This document shows, piece after piece, positions 37,901-49,576 of a DNA stretch of 64,000 bases (the first letter of the stretch is position 1; each line of letters begins with the position of its first letter). Source of the DNA: Callorhinchus milii (taxonomy: Eukaryota); contig NW_024704743.1 of NCBI RefSeq assembly GCF_018977255.1, positions 86,120,001 to 86,184,000 of the forward strand, read 5' to 3'. Made by a program: the position numbers and the translations under genes. The notes under the pieces are model-generated. The model had not been told where the DNA came from. It ran no database searches and saw nothing but the letters and a program-made list of their open reading frames with translations.

Positions 37901-38700
37901 ATGGCTGGTGTACCAGGGGGATTTACGGGAGTAGGAGACAGTATGGGAGGTGAGGGGGGCAAGTGAGTCCAGAATGGAGGAGAGGGAGTTGTGGAGAAAG
38001 GAGAGTGAGGAGGGGAGATCGGTCAGTGAGGGCCAGAGGTGTAGGAGTCCAGATGACTCCAGGGGAGTGGAGAGGGAGAGGGAGGAAATTTTTTTCCATG
38101 GACAGTATGTGACAGTGGAGGGTTGGGAAAGGGGAAAGGAGATGAAGTGGTGGTCCGAGATGGCTTTATCGACGATGGTGATGTCCGAGACGGTGAGGCC
38201 CCGGGTGATCACCAGATCAAGGGAGTGGCCACGGAGGAGCTAAGGAAAAAAAGGGGCCAAGGATGGAGTCTTGGGGTACACTGCAAGTGAACGGGCGGGG
38301 GCGGGAGGAGAAACAATTTGGTGAGATATATTGTTGACCATTTGTTCAGTAGGACTCGAATCATGCGATTGTGGTCTTACTAAGGTGGATGAGGGTGGAG
38401 AGGCAATGGGAGAGGATGGCATGATCGACCTTGTCGAATGCGGTGGAAAGGTCCAGGAGAACAAGGAGACAGAGGGAGCCCTGATCACACAGAAAGAGGA
38501 CGTCATTTGTTACTTTGACGAGCACTATCTCTGTGCTGTGAGCAAGGCGGACACTGAACTGGAGGGGTTCAAGTTGGGAGTGGAGGGAGAAGTGTGAGCA
38601 AAGTTGAATTGCAACCACGCATTCCAAAACTTTGGCCAGGAAGGGCAGGTTTGAGATGGTCTGAAGTTTGTGGGGGTGGCAGGGTTCAAGACTGTCCTCC
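34982..38700 (-). mobile_element. Nested L2s: subfamily-1 L2 (~35945-38238, endonuclease end to tail) inserted in a subfamily-2 L2 (34982-35944 and ~38239-38700)
   Basis: Two (aac)n tails at 34982 and 35945; outer RT is broken between ...PQDSILGP (~38250) and GDVIQSHG..MYADDTQ (~35940); inner element has GHSLDLVIT..SDHH, HSTETALVKVTND and MYADDTQLYL. Confidence 0.88.
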
Positions 38701-38863
38701 CGATTTCATTCATGATCGAGACACAGATTTTCGTGCTCATCAATTGCAAGGGAGGTTAAATGTGTTATAGGCATGATTTTACTCACTGGATGCTTTCAGT
38801 TAAAAACATCTACCTTTTTTTTCTAATGGACTTTACTAATTCTCATTTGTTTTGTTTTTGCAG

Positions 38864-38899
38864 GCTCCGTGGGCCGCTCAGGATTCGGGTTTTTACTAA
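38864..38899 (+). CDS. eif3e: eIF3 subunit E, terminal coding exon (exon 13)
   Basis: ttactaat branch-like site, long T tract, gcAG|GCT CCG TGG GCC GCT CAG GAT TCG GGT TTT TAC TAA = APWAAQDSGFY*, matching the eIF3e C-terminus QDSGFY; not in the ORF track. Confidence 0.93.
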   Translation, partial: APWAAQDSGFY

Positions 38900-39234
38900 G
38901 GATAATGGAAGAAAAAGTGCACAGATCAGTTTATCTTACTAGATCAACTATTCACCTTTGTAACAGCTGTCTTTTTAATTAAAGGACTTTGGGTTTAAAT
39001 TGTGAGTTTTACAAACACATATGTATCACCCAAGTTGTGGAAACTTGTGTGCAGAGTGAATTACAATTGTCATTGACCATTATAACCAATGAAAAGGAAT
39101 CCAGAATCTCCTGTAATACTTTCCTTTAGTGATAATTACATAAATAGGGGCACCTGAAATTCTCTCTGCCCATTTCTTTGCACAACTTGTAAATTATCTT
39201 CAACCCAACTTTTCAAAAATCAGCCCATAATTTC

Positions 39235-39240
39235 AATAAA
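39235..39240 (+). terminator. eif3e: Candidate eif3e polyadenylation signal AATAAA
   Basis: Canonical AATAAA ~335 nt after the stop with a T-rich downstream tract; variant ATTAAA at 38978-38983. Confidence 0.6.
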
Positions 39241-39404
39241 ATATGTACTTCAGAACATTTTGGCTATACTGTTCTATTTTTAATTCAAGGGTTGAATTAA
39301 AAATACCCATCTACCCTGCATGAACAGTACTATATAAATGCAAGTTGTTGTATCATGGTCCTTACCAGAGTTTTTATACCTGGTTGGCTCCATGATACAA
39401 CAAA

Positions 39405-39572
39405 AGTGTCAATTCTTTCAAGAACAAATTAGATAGATTTCTGTTGGGAAATAATATCTCGGGATACGGTATATAGTTTGGGACATGAAGTGTGCACGCA
39501 ACTGCCAGGATGGTGGAAAGCGAACTGAATGGACCTTGGTCTTCTTTCGTCTAGCAATTCTTATGTTCTTAT
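39405..39572 (+). mobile_element. CR1-type 3' tail of a different subfamily
   Basis: ttcaagaacaaattagatagatttctg...gaatggacc...ttcttatgttcttat terminal 8-mer repeat. Confidence 0.6.
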
Positions 39573-42307
39573 AGCAATTCGACTGAAGATCAGCTCCAAA
39601 AAAAATTAAAATTTTGAATATTTTGTAATATAACTAGTATCAATCGATTCATAAATGGAATAAGTATGTTATCCATTGTAGTATTGACATAAGTTTCCAA
39701 GGCACTCACTTGAGCATATCTACGTCAATGCATTTTCAATACAACAACAACAAATTACATTTGTATAGCGCCTTTCACATCAGGAGGACATCCTAAGGTG
39801 CTGGACAGTCAGAACCGCACTACAATTCATCACCCGAGGAAATAGCTCAAATTACTATTTATCAGAGCTGACTAGTTATCCAAAATACAGTATCTCGAAA
39901 GAGCAAAGTACTTGAGAATCGGTGCAGGAAAGAAGTTTCTAAATTTCTTTTCAGTTTTTCTATTCAAAATGCTTACATAAGTCTTTTTAAGATGTTTACA
40001 ATGGCTCATACACAAATGCAAAAACTGAATGGTATGCATTAACTGCATCGACACATAAACTGGAAACAAACTGGATAACACAATGCATTGCAAAAATATC
40101 CACAGACACAAAAAGGCTAGCTGATCAGAATGCTGTAACTGGTCAGAAGTACAAAACTCAAGCATAACCGAAACAAGGTCACAGGGAAGGAAATATTTTG
40201 TCCACATGCCACACCATGTGGGTGGATTAAGTTAGAGGAAGGAGGAAGATGAGACAATACAGTAAACAATGAACCTGAGACACATGCCATTTTCTCGCTT
40301 TATAAAATTCCTGAATCACTCAACAAAGACCGAATAAAATAAATTATGAGAGGTATGTAACATATAAACACCATCTTAAGAGTGTGAAAACCTGACTAGT
40401 TACAAGATATCCAGGGTGATTAGTTATCAGAGGATCATAATTAACATTTCATATGGGAAATAGCTGGGATATTGAGTGAGTGATGAGTTATGTGGGGTTG
40501 ACTACCTATCCCACAGGTAAGTTTATCAAAGTTTCACTGTAGTACTACTAATGACTCAATGGGAGCCAGTGTCTTGAAAAGGAGTAACGAGCTTAACTAT
40601 GAAGGAGCTGAACTGATTAATGTCCCAATTGTGAATTCTGAAATACTTCAGATTAATAACAGCAGGAAAACGTATCTTTATAAATCATATAACTGTTTAA
40701 GTCAACCCAAGTCCCATTCAATTTCCTATCAAAAGCACTTAGATTTCTTTGCACTGCTCACATTAATCACATCCTAACTCATAACACCACTCCCCTACCC
40801 TTCATTACTCCCGCATTTACTTGAATCGTGAAAAGTGATGCCTGACCTGTCATTGCGCACTTACGGGCCGGCTGCATTGAATCACGGGAAACAGTCTTGA
40901 TCCATCGCTGCATGTGCAGATGAAATCCATTTTCGTTCAATGTGATTCCAATAGTTGCCAGTAAGTGCAGGTGGCGATTGGTCAAGACACATTGAATTGC
41001 AGGAAATGTAGTCTTGATCCATCACCGCATGTGCACTTCACCGGCTGCAGTGATGAACTACCACTTGCCCACTTAACAGCTGCATTAAATTATTAAATCA
41101 GATTTTCTACAACTTAAAACAGTTTGCCTGCAACTTGGACTTCGAGTAACTCATATTAAATGTTATGGTCCTGACTGATATGAATGTAAGTTTTGCTATA
41201 TTTACTTCTTGATTCAGATCCCTCATATTTTCTGCTCGGTTATAACCTATTTAAGCATAATTACACTAAAACCGGCTGGCCAGAACAATTGGGGGGATGC
41301 GGTCTGGCGAGCTGGAATTTCCGGTTACCGGCATTAAACCTAATATTAATGCAATATTTCAGTGCTGAAAAATACAGGTATATGCCGGTAACGGCACTGT
41401 AGTTGTTTGAATCCCGTGAGCAGAAGATGGTGAATAAGACGCAAAAGCAACACAAGTTTAAGGGTCTAGGTGACCCCCATCTTCTATGTACTGCAGTGAA
41501 ACTTAGTGACTGAACGTATGCATACTCAGAATATATAGAGTAACTACTAGACCTCTAAACACTACAATATGCATTAACAAGCCAGGCAACTTACTGTTCT
41601 TCTATAGCCAGACAGGTTTGTATTACTCATTTGATTCTTAGGTTTCTATGTTCCATTAGTGATTTGCATAAATTGACCCATTTGATGGAAAACAAAACTT
41701 CTGTGATTTAACGGAGAAGATTTCCATCTCAAGATATTGATATTCTTCTATTTGTTGTAATTCCAATGGTCCATTAGTTTATTGGATGGGTGGAGCTCTA
41801 CCTCATGCTGTGGGAAAAATACAAAGTCAGCAAATTATTTCAAGTGCAACAATATACTAAGAATCCAACATGTTCAGCTTAATTATTAATGCAATATTGA
41901 GTTTTAAGGGTTACGTGTATGCATTACAGATTGAAACAACAAGAACTTGCATTTATATTGTGCCCTTCATGGGGTTAGATCTCGGATCGCTTAAACAGAT
42001 GTTTTGAACAGGGAGTTGCACTTCTCAATGTAATGTTCCAAGGGACTACTTGTCGAATTGACAATTCCAGGGCATTAGTCTATTTTTAAGTAAATAATTT
42101 CCTCAAGGAATAAATAATAAAAAAGGCATTCGATAAATTTAGCTGCTGTTTTCTTGGCAAAGTTGACCACTCGGGGAGAGCAATCAGGACGGAGCGGAGG
42201 CGGAGCCTGGGCCTAGCGATCAACGTAAAAGGAGCAGCTGAGGTAAGCTGTCTGAACTGTCAGAGCGACGAAAAGAGAAAAAGAAAAAAAAAGAAAACAC
42301 TGAGAAG

Positions 42308-43171
42308 ATGATGTGTCAAGTGAAATGCGAGGACTGTGACGTGGGAGTTAATGGAGGGTGCCCTGAGCCCTGGCGACTTCATCTGCAGCAAGTGTCTGCA
42401 ACTCAGAAAGCTCCAGCTGAGAGTAGCTGAGCTGGAAGCCGAGGTGCAGACACTGCGCTCCCATCAGGGACAGTGAGAGGTTCCTGGATAGTATGATGGA
42501 GGAAACCATCACTCCCCTGAGACTCGGGAGATGCTCGCATCTGGTTAATACTCAGGGATAGGATGGTTTCATCAGTCCTGCAGATAATGGGACCCCTGAG
42601 AGAGGGGTCATCCCACCCCACACACCGAGGGTTCAGAGGGAAAATGACTGGGTGACAGTCCGGCATGGTAGGAAGAGGGGACGGCTGGGCAGAATGCCCC
42701 CAATAGTGTAGCATTCTCAAACCAGTACTCCGTACTGAACATTGAGAGTATTGGTATATCCATGGAGGACATCGCAGAAAGACTGGATAGAATTCTTCAG
42801 GGGCAAGGAGAACCTCCAGAAGTGGTGGTCCAGGTTGGGATCCATGATACTGGTAAAAAAAAAGGACTGAGACTCTACAGGGTCAATATCAAAAGCTGGG
42901 GAACATACTAAAGAATCGAACATCCAAGGTGGTGATCTCTGGATTACTTCCTGTGCCTCGGGCAAATAAGTACCATAATGGCAGGATCAAGCATATGAAT
43001 GCTTGGTTGGAGAAATGGTCCAAAAAAGAGGACTTCAGGTTTCTGGATCATTGGGACCAGTTCTGGGGCAGGTGGGACCTGTGGCATATGGATGGGTTGC
43101 ACCTAAACAGGGCTGGGGCGAATGTGCTTGCAGACAGGCTAACTAATGCTGTTGGGGAGGGTTTAAACTAG
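42308..43171 (+). pseudogene. CR1 ORF1 remnant (zinc-finger/coiled coil plus SGNH-type esterase)
   Basis: MMCQVKCEDC...DFICSKCLQLRKLQLRVAELEAEV, then VISGLLPVPRA...DGLHLNRAGANVLA...EGLN*; frameshifted. Confidence 0.8.
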
Positions 43172-43226
43172 TTTTGAGGGGGGAAAGGAATGCAAAAAAC
43201 AAAGAGCTAGAAAATGGAGGAATAAA

Positions 43227-46104
43227 ATGGGGGAAGTGCAGAACAGGTCAAGTCCGGTCTTGGAGTGCATGTGCCTAAATGCACCGAGTTTAGCAAACAA
43301 GATTGGTGAGCTGCAGGAGCAAGTGGTCATAGGGGGATATGATGTAGTAGCAGTAAGAGACTTGGTTCAAGCAAGGACAGGAATGGGAGCTGAATATTCC
43401 TGGCTACTAATTGTTCGGGAGGGATAGGGAAGAAAAAAAAGGAGGGGGTGTGACAATGTTAATCAAGGATATGGTTATAGCCTTGGAAAGGGTCGAGGTG
43501 CTGGAGGGCCCCAAAACGGAATCTATCTGGTTAGGTTAAGGAACAAAAAAGGAGCTGTTACGCTGGTAGGGGTATACTATAGACCACCAAATAGTGGGAA
43601 GGAAATAGATGAGCAGATCTACAAGCAGATCTCAGACAGATGCCAGGCCAATAGAGTCGTGATAATGGGGGACTTTAATTATCCCAACATAGACTGGCAA
43701 AACAACAGCGCAGAGGGCAAGGAGGGGGAAATATTCCCAAAGTGCATACAGAACAACTTTCTTGATCAGTACGTTTCCAGCCCAACAAGGAAGGAAGCAG
43801 TACTAGATCTAGTTCTGAGGAATGAAGTAGGGCAAGTGGAGCAGGTTTCAGTGGGAGAGCATCTGGGCAGTAGTGATCATAACATCATCAGATTCAGAGC
43901 GCATATGGAAAGAGACAAGGACATCAGCCATGCCCTCTGCTTCCACAATATGATTTCCCCCTTGGTCCTTAATTGGCCCCACCCTACCTTGATCTGATGT
44001 GAAGATATTCAACTTGAAGAGGACAAATTTCAGTGAGTTAAAAAGGGATCTATCCAAGGTGGACTGGAAAGAAAGATTGGCAGGTAAAACAACTAAAGAG
44101 CAGTGGGAAGTTTTCAAGGATGAGATAGCTCGGGGACAGAATAAATACATTCCCACAAAAGGGAAAAGTAGGGCTTCCAAACCTCCCTGGATGACGAAGG
44201 TAATTGTATCTAGAATGAAGCAGAAAAAGGAGGTGTATGACAAATGTCAAACCCAAGATACAGAAGACAACCAAATAGAATATAGGAAGTGCAGAAGAGG
44301 TTTGAAAAAGGAAATAAGAGGGGCTAAAAGAGCATACGAGAAAAGGTTAGCGGGTAACATTAAATTCTAAAATATTTTACAAACATATCAAGAAAAAAAG
44401 GTTAGTCAAAGGTAGGGTGGGGCCAATTAAGGACCAAGGGAGAAATCTTATTGTGGAAGCAGTGGGCATGGCTGATGTACTGAATGAGTACTTTGCAAAA
44501 GAAGTGGATGCACCAAATGCCGCAGTATTTGAGGAGAGAGTAGAGGAAATGGATACGATAAGTATAAACAGAGAGGAAGTACTGAAAAGGTTGACTGTGC
44601 TAAAGGTAGATAAGTTGCCTGGTCCGGAAGGGATGCAACCAAGGTTACTATGGGAGGCAAGGGTACAAATAGCGGAGGCTTTGGCTACAATTTTTCAATC
44701 TTCGTTGGACACAGGGGTCGTGCCGGAGGACTGGAGAGTGGCCAATGTGACTCCCCTGTACAAAAAGGGACAGAAGGACAAACCTGGGAACCACAGGCCA
44801 GTCAGCCTAACATCAGTAGTGGGGAAACTCCTGGAGACTATAATCCAGGAAGGAATACATCTTCACTTAGAAGAATATGGGTTAATTAGGGACAGCCAAC
44901 ATGGATTTGTTAAAGGCAAATCTTGTCTAACAAATCTAATAGAATTTTTGATGATGTAACGGAGAGGGTGGATAAAGGTAGTGCAGTTGATGTAGCTTAT
45001 ATGGACTTTCAAAAGGCATTTGACAAAGTGCCACATGAAAGACTTGTAAGAAAGATAGAAGCCCATGGTATAAAAGGGACAGTGGCAGCATGGATCCAGA
45101 ACTGGCTGGGAGACAGAAAGCAGAGAGTTGTGGTGAACGGCTGCTTTTCTGACTGGAGGGAAGTGTACAGTGGCGTCCCCCAGGGATCGGTATTAGGACC
45201 ACTGCTCTTCTTAATATACATAAATGATCTGGACTTGGGAAAAGCAAGCACCATTTCCAAGTTTGCGGACGACGGACACAAAGCTAGGTAGGGTGGTAAA
45301 CAGTGAGAAGGATAGTAGCAAACTGCACGAAGACATAGAGGGAATGGTAAAATGGGCAGACACATGGCAGATGAATTCCAATGTGGAGAAATGAGAGGTT
45401 ATACATTTTGGGAGAAAGAATGAGGGGAGGCAACGTACGTTTGGTAATACAATCCTAAGGGGTGTAAAAGAAAAGAGAGACTTGGGGGTGCAAGTAAGTG
45501 AATCCTTGAAAGTGGCAGGACAGGTAGATAAAGCTGTAAAAAGGGCATATGGGATACTAGGCTTTATAAATAGGGGCATAGAGTACAAGAGTCAGGAGGT
45601 TATGATTAACCTATATAAAACACTGGTTAGGCCTCAGTTAGAATACTGCGCCCAGTTCTGGGCACCACACTATAGGAAGAATGTCAAGGCGTTGGAAATG
45701 GTGCAGAGTAGATTCACGAGGATATTACCAGGAATGAGGGACCGTCATTATGAGGAAAGGATAGAGAGGACGGGATTATTCTCATTGAAGCAGAGAAGGT
45801 TACGTGGAGACCTAACAGAGGTCTTCAAAATCATGAGGTGGTTTGATAGGTTTGAAAGGGAAAAGAGTTTACACTGGTGTGTGTGTCGGTGACTCGAGGT
45901 CACAGATTCAAAATAGTCTCTAAAAGAAGCAGAGGGGAGGTGAGAAGACATTTTTTCAAGCAGCGAGTTGTTCAAATCTGGAACACATTGCCTGAAAGGG
46001 TGGTCGATGCCGATTCGATAACTACTTTTAAAAACACGGTGGATGGGTATTTGAGGAGGCCGGGTTTGCAGGGTTATGGGGAAAGGGCTGGGGAGTGGGA
46101 TTGA
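43227..46104 (+). pseudogene. CR1 ORF2 remnant (APE endonuclease + reverse transcriptase)
   Basis: Collinear ORF pieces at 43227, 43659, 43999, 44417, 44923, 45482 and 45877 carry EN/RT motifs in order. Confidence 0.92.
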
Positions 46105-46749
46105 CATTACATTGCTCTATTCAAAGAGCCGGCACAGACTCGATGGCCGAATGGCCTCTTTTTGTGCTGTACGATTCTATGATTCTATATTAAAATTTAG
46201 AATAAAGCGTTGATCATTTTCTTTAAAAAGAAAGTGGATTCTAGAATATATGAAAATACATCTTGGCAACCAAACGTTGGTTATTATTTAGTTAATATCT
46301 AATGATTAGATCTCAAGGGATTATTAATAGTATAATGTGGATGTTATCGTGCATTGAAACTGACCTTATGGCTTGTCATTTGAGACTTCGTGCACATTGT
46401 GATTTTGATGGTGGTCAATTGTTTAAAAAAAAGACAGTTAACTTGGCAGTAATATCAACTGTAACCATGGAAAACAACTGTACCCTCTAGAATTGTATGC
46501 AATAATTTAATACGAAATGGGAATTTCTGGTTAGAAGTACTGTTTGGTGTTGTTTGAATGTGTGAGGATATGGTCACAGCACAATTCAAATGCTATTGAG
46601 CTCTAGAGAGCCTTTTATTTGACTAACTGCAATAGAACAATTAAAGCAAATATCCTTTAATATCGAAAGCTCTTTAATTGTATTTATTCTATAAATGTAA
46701 TTATATTATCCATAGAATCAATACTTAATATATTTTGAAAGTTAAACGT

Positions 46750-47450
46750 TACCTCTCTACCTCCACTCTTGACTCAAGGATCACTGTTATTCTGACAGGC
46801 CTGCTTGTCAGACATCAAGTCCTTGGATGAGTTATAACTTTCTCGAAATCAATGTCAAAACTGAGGCTATCCTGCTCAGCTCCCTTCAGTAATAATAATA
46901 ATTTAATTTTTCTGAGGCACTTTATAAGTACTCCAAATCATTGATCCTGAATGGAACTTTGCCATTTTGTACAAATCCCAATCCAGCTATGTTCTGACGA
47001 AGTCCACTTTTCTCCATCTCTGCATCATCGCCTCCCCCCCATTACCATACCATTAACAAAGCTCTCGTCCACACCTTTGTCATCATTAGCCACAATTTTC
47101 CGATGTTCTCCAGCCTCCTCAGCTCCACCTTCCACAAACTCCAACTGGAACTCCACAGCCCAGATCCTTTCCCCCACTAAACTCCCCCAGACCATCACCA
47201 TCGCCTCCTGACAACCAAACCCCCCCCACCCCACCCCACCCACCCACTCCCACAGCGGATCAGCCTTCAATAATTCATTCCTCCCTCTGGAACCTCCACT
47301 GAAAATCCCCCCTCCTCATCCCTTCCCTTCTGTTTTCAGATCCTGAAGATCTACTCATACCACCACCACCCTCAGCTCCCTATCAGGCTCCCACTCAGTC
47401 TTGTAGACATTCTCCCAGTGTAACATGCACTTTATAAGTACAAAGATTTT
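46750..47450 (+). mobile_element. Highly decayed L2 fragments
   Basis: ctctctacctccactcttgactc...gacatcaagtcc..ggatgag; ccacaaactccaact...ctccctctggaac. Confidence 0.6.
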
Positions 47451-49016
47451 AAATAATTCACACTTGATAACGTACTACTGTGAGATTTTCCAGAACCCAA
47501 CTTTAAAGTTTTCCAGCAACACACATTGTGAATGATGTAGTACTTTCACATACACTGGGGATCTAAAATGCATATGTGATTGAAAAATCTGCTCTTAGTA
47601 CTTGCGTAGTTGGATGAGTTATTGGGAGACAAACCAAGTTTTCTTCAGCTTTACTTGCAACTTGTCCAAATGCACTTTGAGAATTTTTAATTCCTTGCAT
47701 CTTTCCTCAAAATGCTGTCAACTAAATTAATTTACAATATGATCAGCCATATCTTTCTCTCTTATAGCATTTGCCCGCTTTAACTATCGTCTTTTAACTC
47801 CAAAATCAGGATTTCATTGATGCTGTTGTAAACTTCTACAGGCTTTTAAGATGGATCTCTTTGTGGAGATTAACGGTCCTTCAGACAAATTTATTTCTCC
47901 TGGCTTCAACACAAAGGCTGAATTTCTTAATTCTTCTCCACACTGCTGTTTTGCTTGGGTGAGAGCTATGAGTAAAATGATCTTTACTCCACTTATGTTG
48001 TCCCTGTAAAATCAAAGGAATTTTTTGTTGCCAGTAACCCGCAAGTCCATCCTCCACTGATGTTATTGAATAAGGTGTTGATGTTGAGTAGTTTTCTGGT
48101 TGTTTCATGGTTTGCTTCACTGTTAAGAAAAAAATTCCTGTCAGTCATGAACTTAGTACGTAGTAGTCCTTGTATCTTGTCATTACAGCTGCCAAGGTTT
48201 TTTTCCTGTTACAAATTTTCTTTCCTTGTGGCTCACTGAACTATGCTCATGATATTAAAATATCTGTCCAGTTAAATAAGGCAATTGTCTGGGACCTAAA
48301 CAAAAAAGAAATTCTATGCTCCTCAATCTTCCCTTCAATCAATTTCATTGCAAATATACCGAATTCCCTCATCAACTTGCTGACGCAGTCTGCTACTACA
48401 GCTTCCAGTGTATAAAGTTGTTCAATCTGAACTGTCTGCTCACCTTCACTTTTGTGAGCTGGCTTCCAAGGGAGAATTTTAGAATTGAGTCACTGCACTT
48501 CTCATATGCCTCACACATACCTACTTTCCAGGAAAGGTCTCTGGCTGGTGATCAGAAGCTAGAATGCTGGCTGACAATCTCTTTCCTGACCCAGATACAA
48601 ATTATAGCACCAAAACTGTTGCGATCAGGTAGCAACACAGAGCAGGATTTGAGCCTGCGGCCTTCAGTTCTGTTTGACTGTTTGGTGTCTTTATTAGTGA
48701 ATCGGGTAACCCTTTTAAACATGTTATGAATAAATTACTGTTTAAAAGTGGCAGTCATGAGGCTTTTCAACAAGTTACCAGAAACTTTTATGGACCCTTG
48801 CACGGATTATATGAGCTTTATTTCAGGGAGTGCTCCTTTGAGCGAAGAGATGGGCAGCAGTTAATTGACATATTTAATAACCCCTGCATTTGATTTTTTG
48901 CAACTCTTGAAAGTTCACAAAGTGCGTTACAGTAATTACTGTTCAGGCATGACTAGGTATTTGTAGGTGACCTCATTCACAACTAGGGGGTGAATGACCA
49001 ATTTACTGAGAGGATT

Positions 49017-49161
49017 CCCTCAGGAGTTCTGACGAAGGGTCGTGGACCCGAAACAATAACTCACTTTCCTTTCTCCATAGATGCTGCCTGACTTGCTGAG
49101 TGTTCCCAGCAACTTCTGTTTTTGTTTCAGATTTCCAGCATCTGCAGTATTTTGTGTTTTG
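49017..49161 (+). mobile_element. Penelope-like-element-derived mini-insertion with 15-bp TSD
   Basis: Flanked by tttactgagaggatt (49002-49016) and tttaccaagaggatt (49162-49176); body tctgacgaagggtc..gacccgaaac...atgctgcctgac.tgctgag resembles recalled chondrichthyan PLE terminal repeats. Confidence 0.7.
49024..49062 (+). ncRNA. Minimal type I hammerhead ribozyme motif (probably decayed)
   Basis: gagtt-CTGACGA-a-gggtc-gtg-gaccc-GAAAC-aat-aactc: helix I gagtt/aactc, stem II gggtc/gaccc, both core boxes intact; cleavage triplet reads AAT instead of NUH. Confidence 0.65.
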
Positions 49162-49576
49162 TTTACCAAGAGGATTGTTGGCCAGGACAATGGGAGAAAC
49201 TCCCTTCTCTTTTTGAATCGTGTACACATTCTTTAACATTCACTTGTTCAGTCAGACAGGATCATGGTTTATATTCTCATCCAAAGGAAGGCAACTCCAA
49301 CAATGTAGCACTCACCGAACACTGCATTGAAGTCTACATTGTGAGGGTAAAGTCTCTGATGTGGGTCTAGAATCCCAAATTGAGGGGATCTATTCTGCTA
49401 TTTCTGCCCATTCTGCCCATTTTATCACCTCCCCCTCTGGCCTTTACCTATCCCTCCCTCCACACCTTTGACCCCATCTCTTTCACCTCCATCATTTCCC
49501 AAATGAATCTCACCACCTGCTCCGTTGACCCCATTCCTACCCTCTCCTTGCGTCCCAGCTCATCGCTTTGCCCACA

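Larger units (their letters stand above)
42170..46188 (+). mobile_element. Near full-length CR1 LINE (5' UTR, ORF1, ORF2, 3' tail), inactivated by frameshifts
   Basis: GC-rich 5' region; ORF1 with Cys motifs and esterase; ORF2 APE (IMGDFNYP, LDLV, SDHN) and RT ([26 protein letters not shown]); tail cgattctatgattctat. Confidence 0.95.
48875..49370 (-). mobile_element. Family B SINE, interrupted by a 145-bp insertion
   Basis: gaatgaccaattt|...|gattgttggccaggaca..ggagaaactcccttctc continuity on either side of the insert. Confidence 0.7.
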
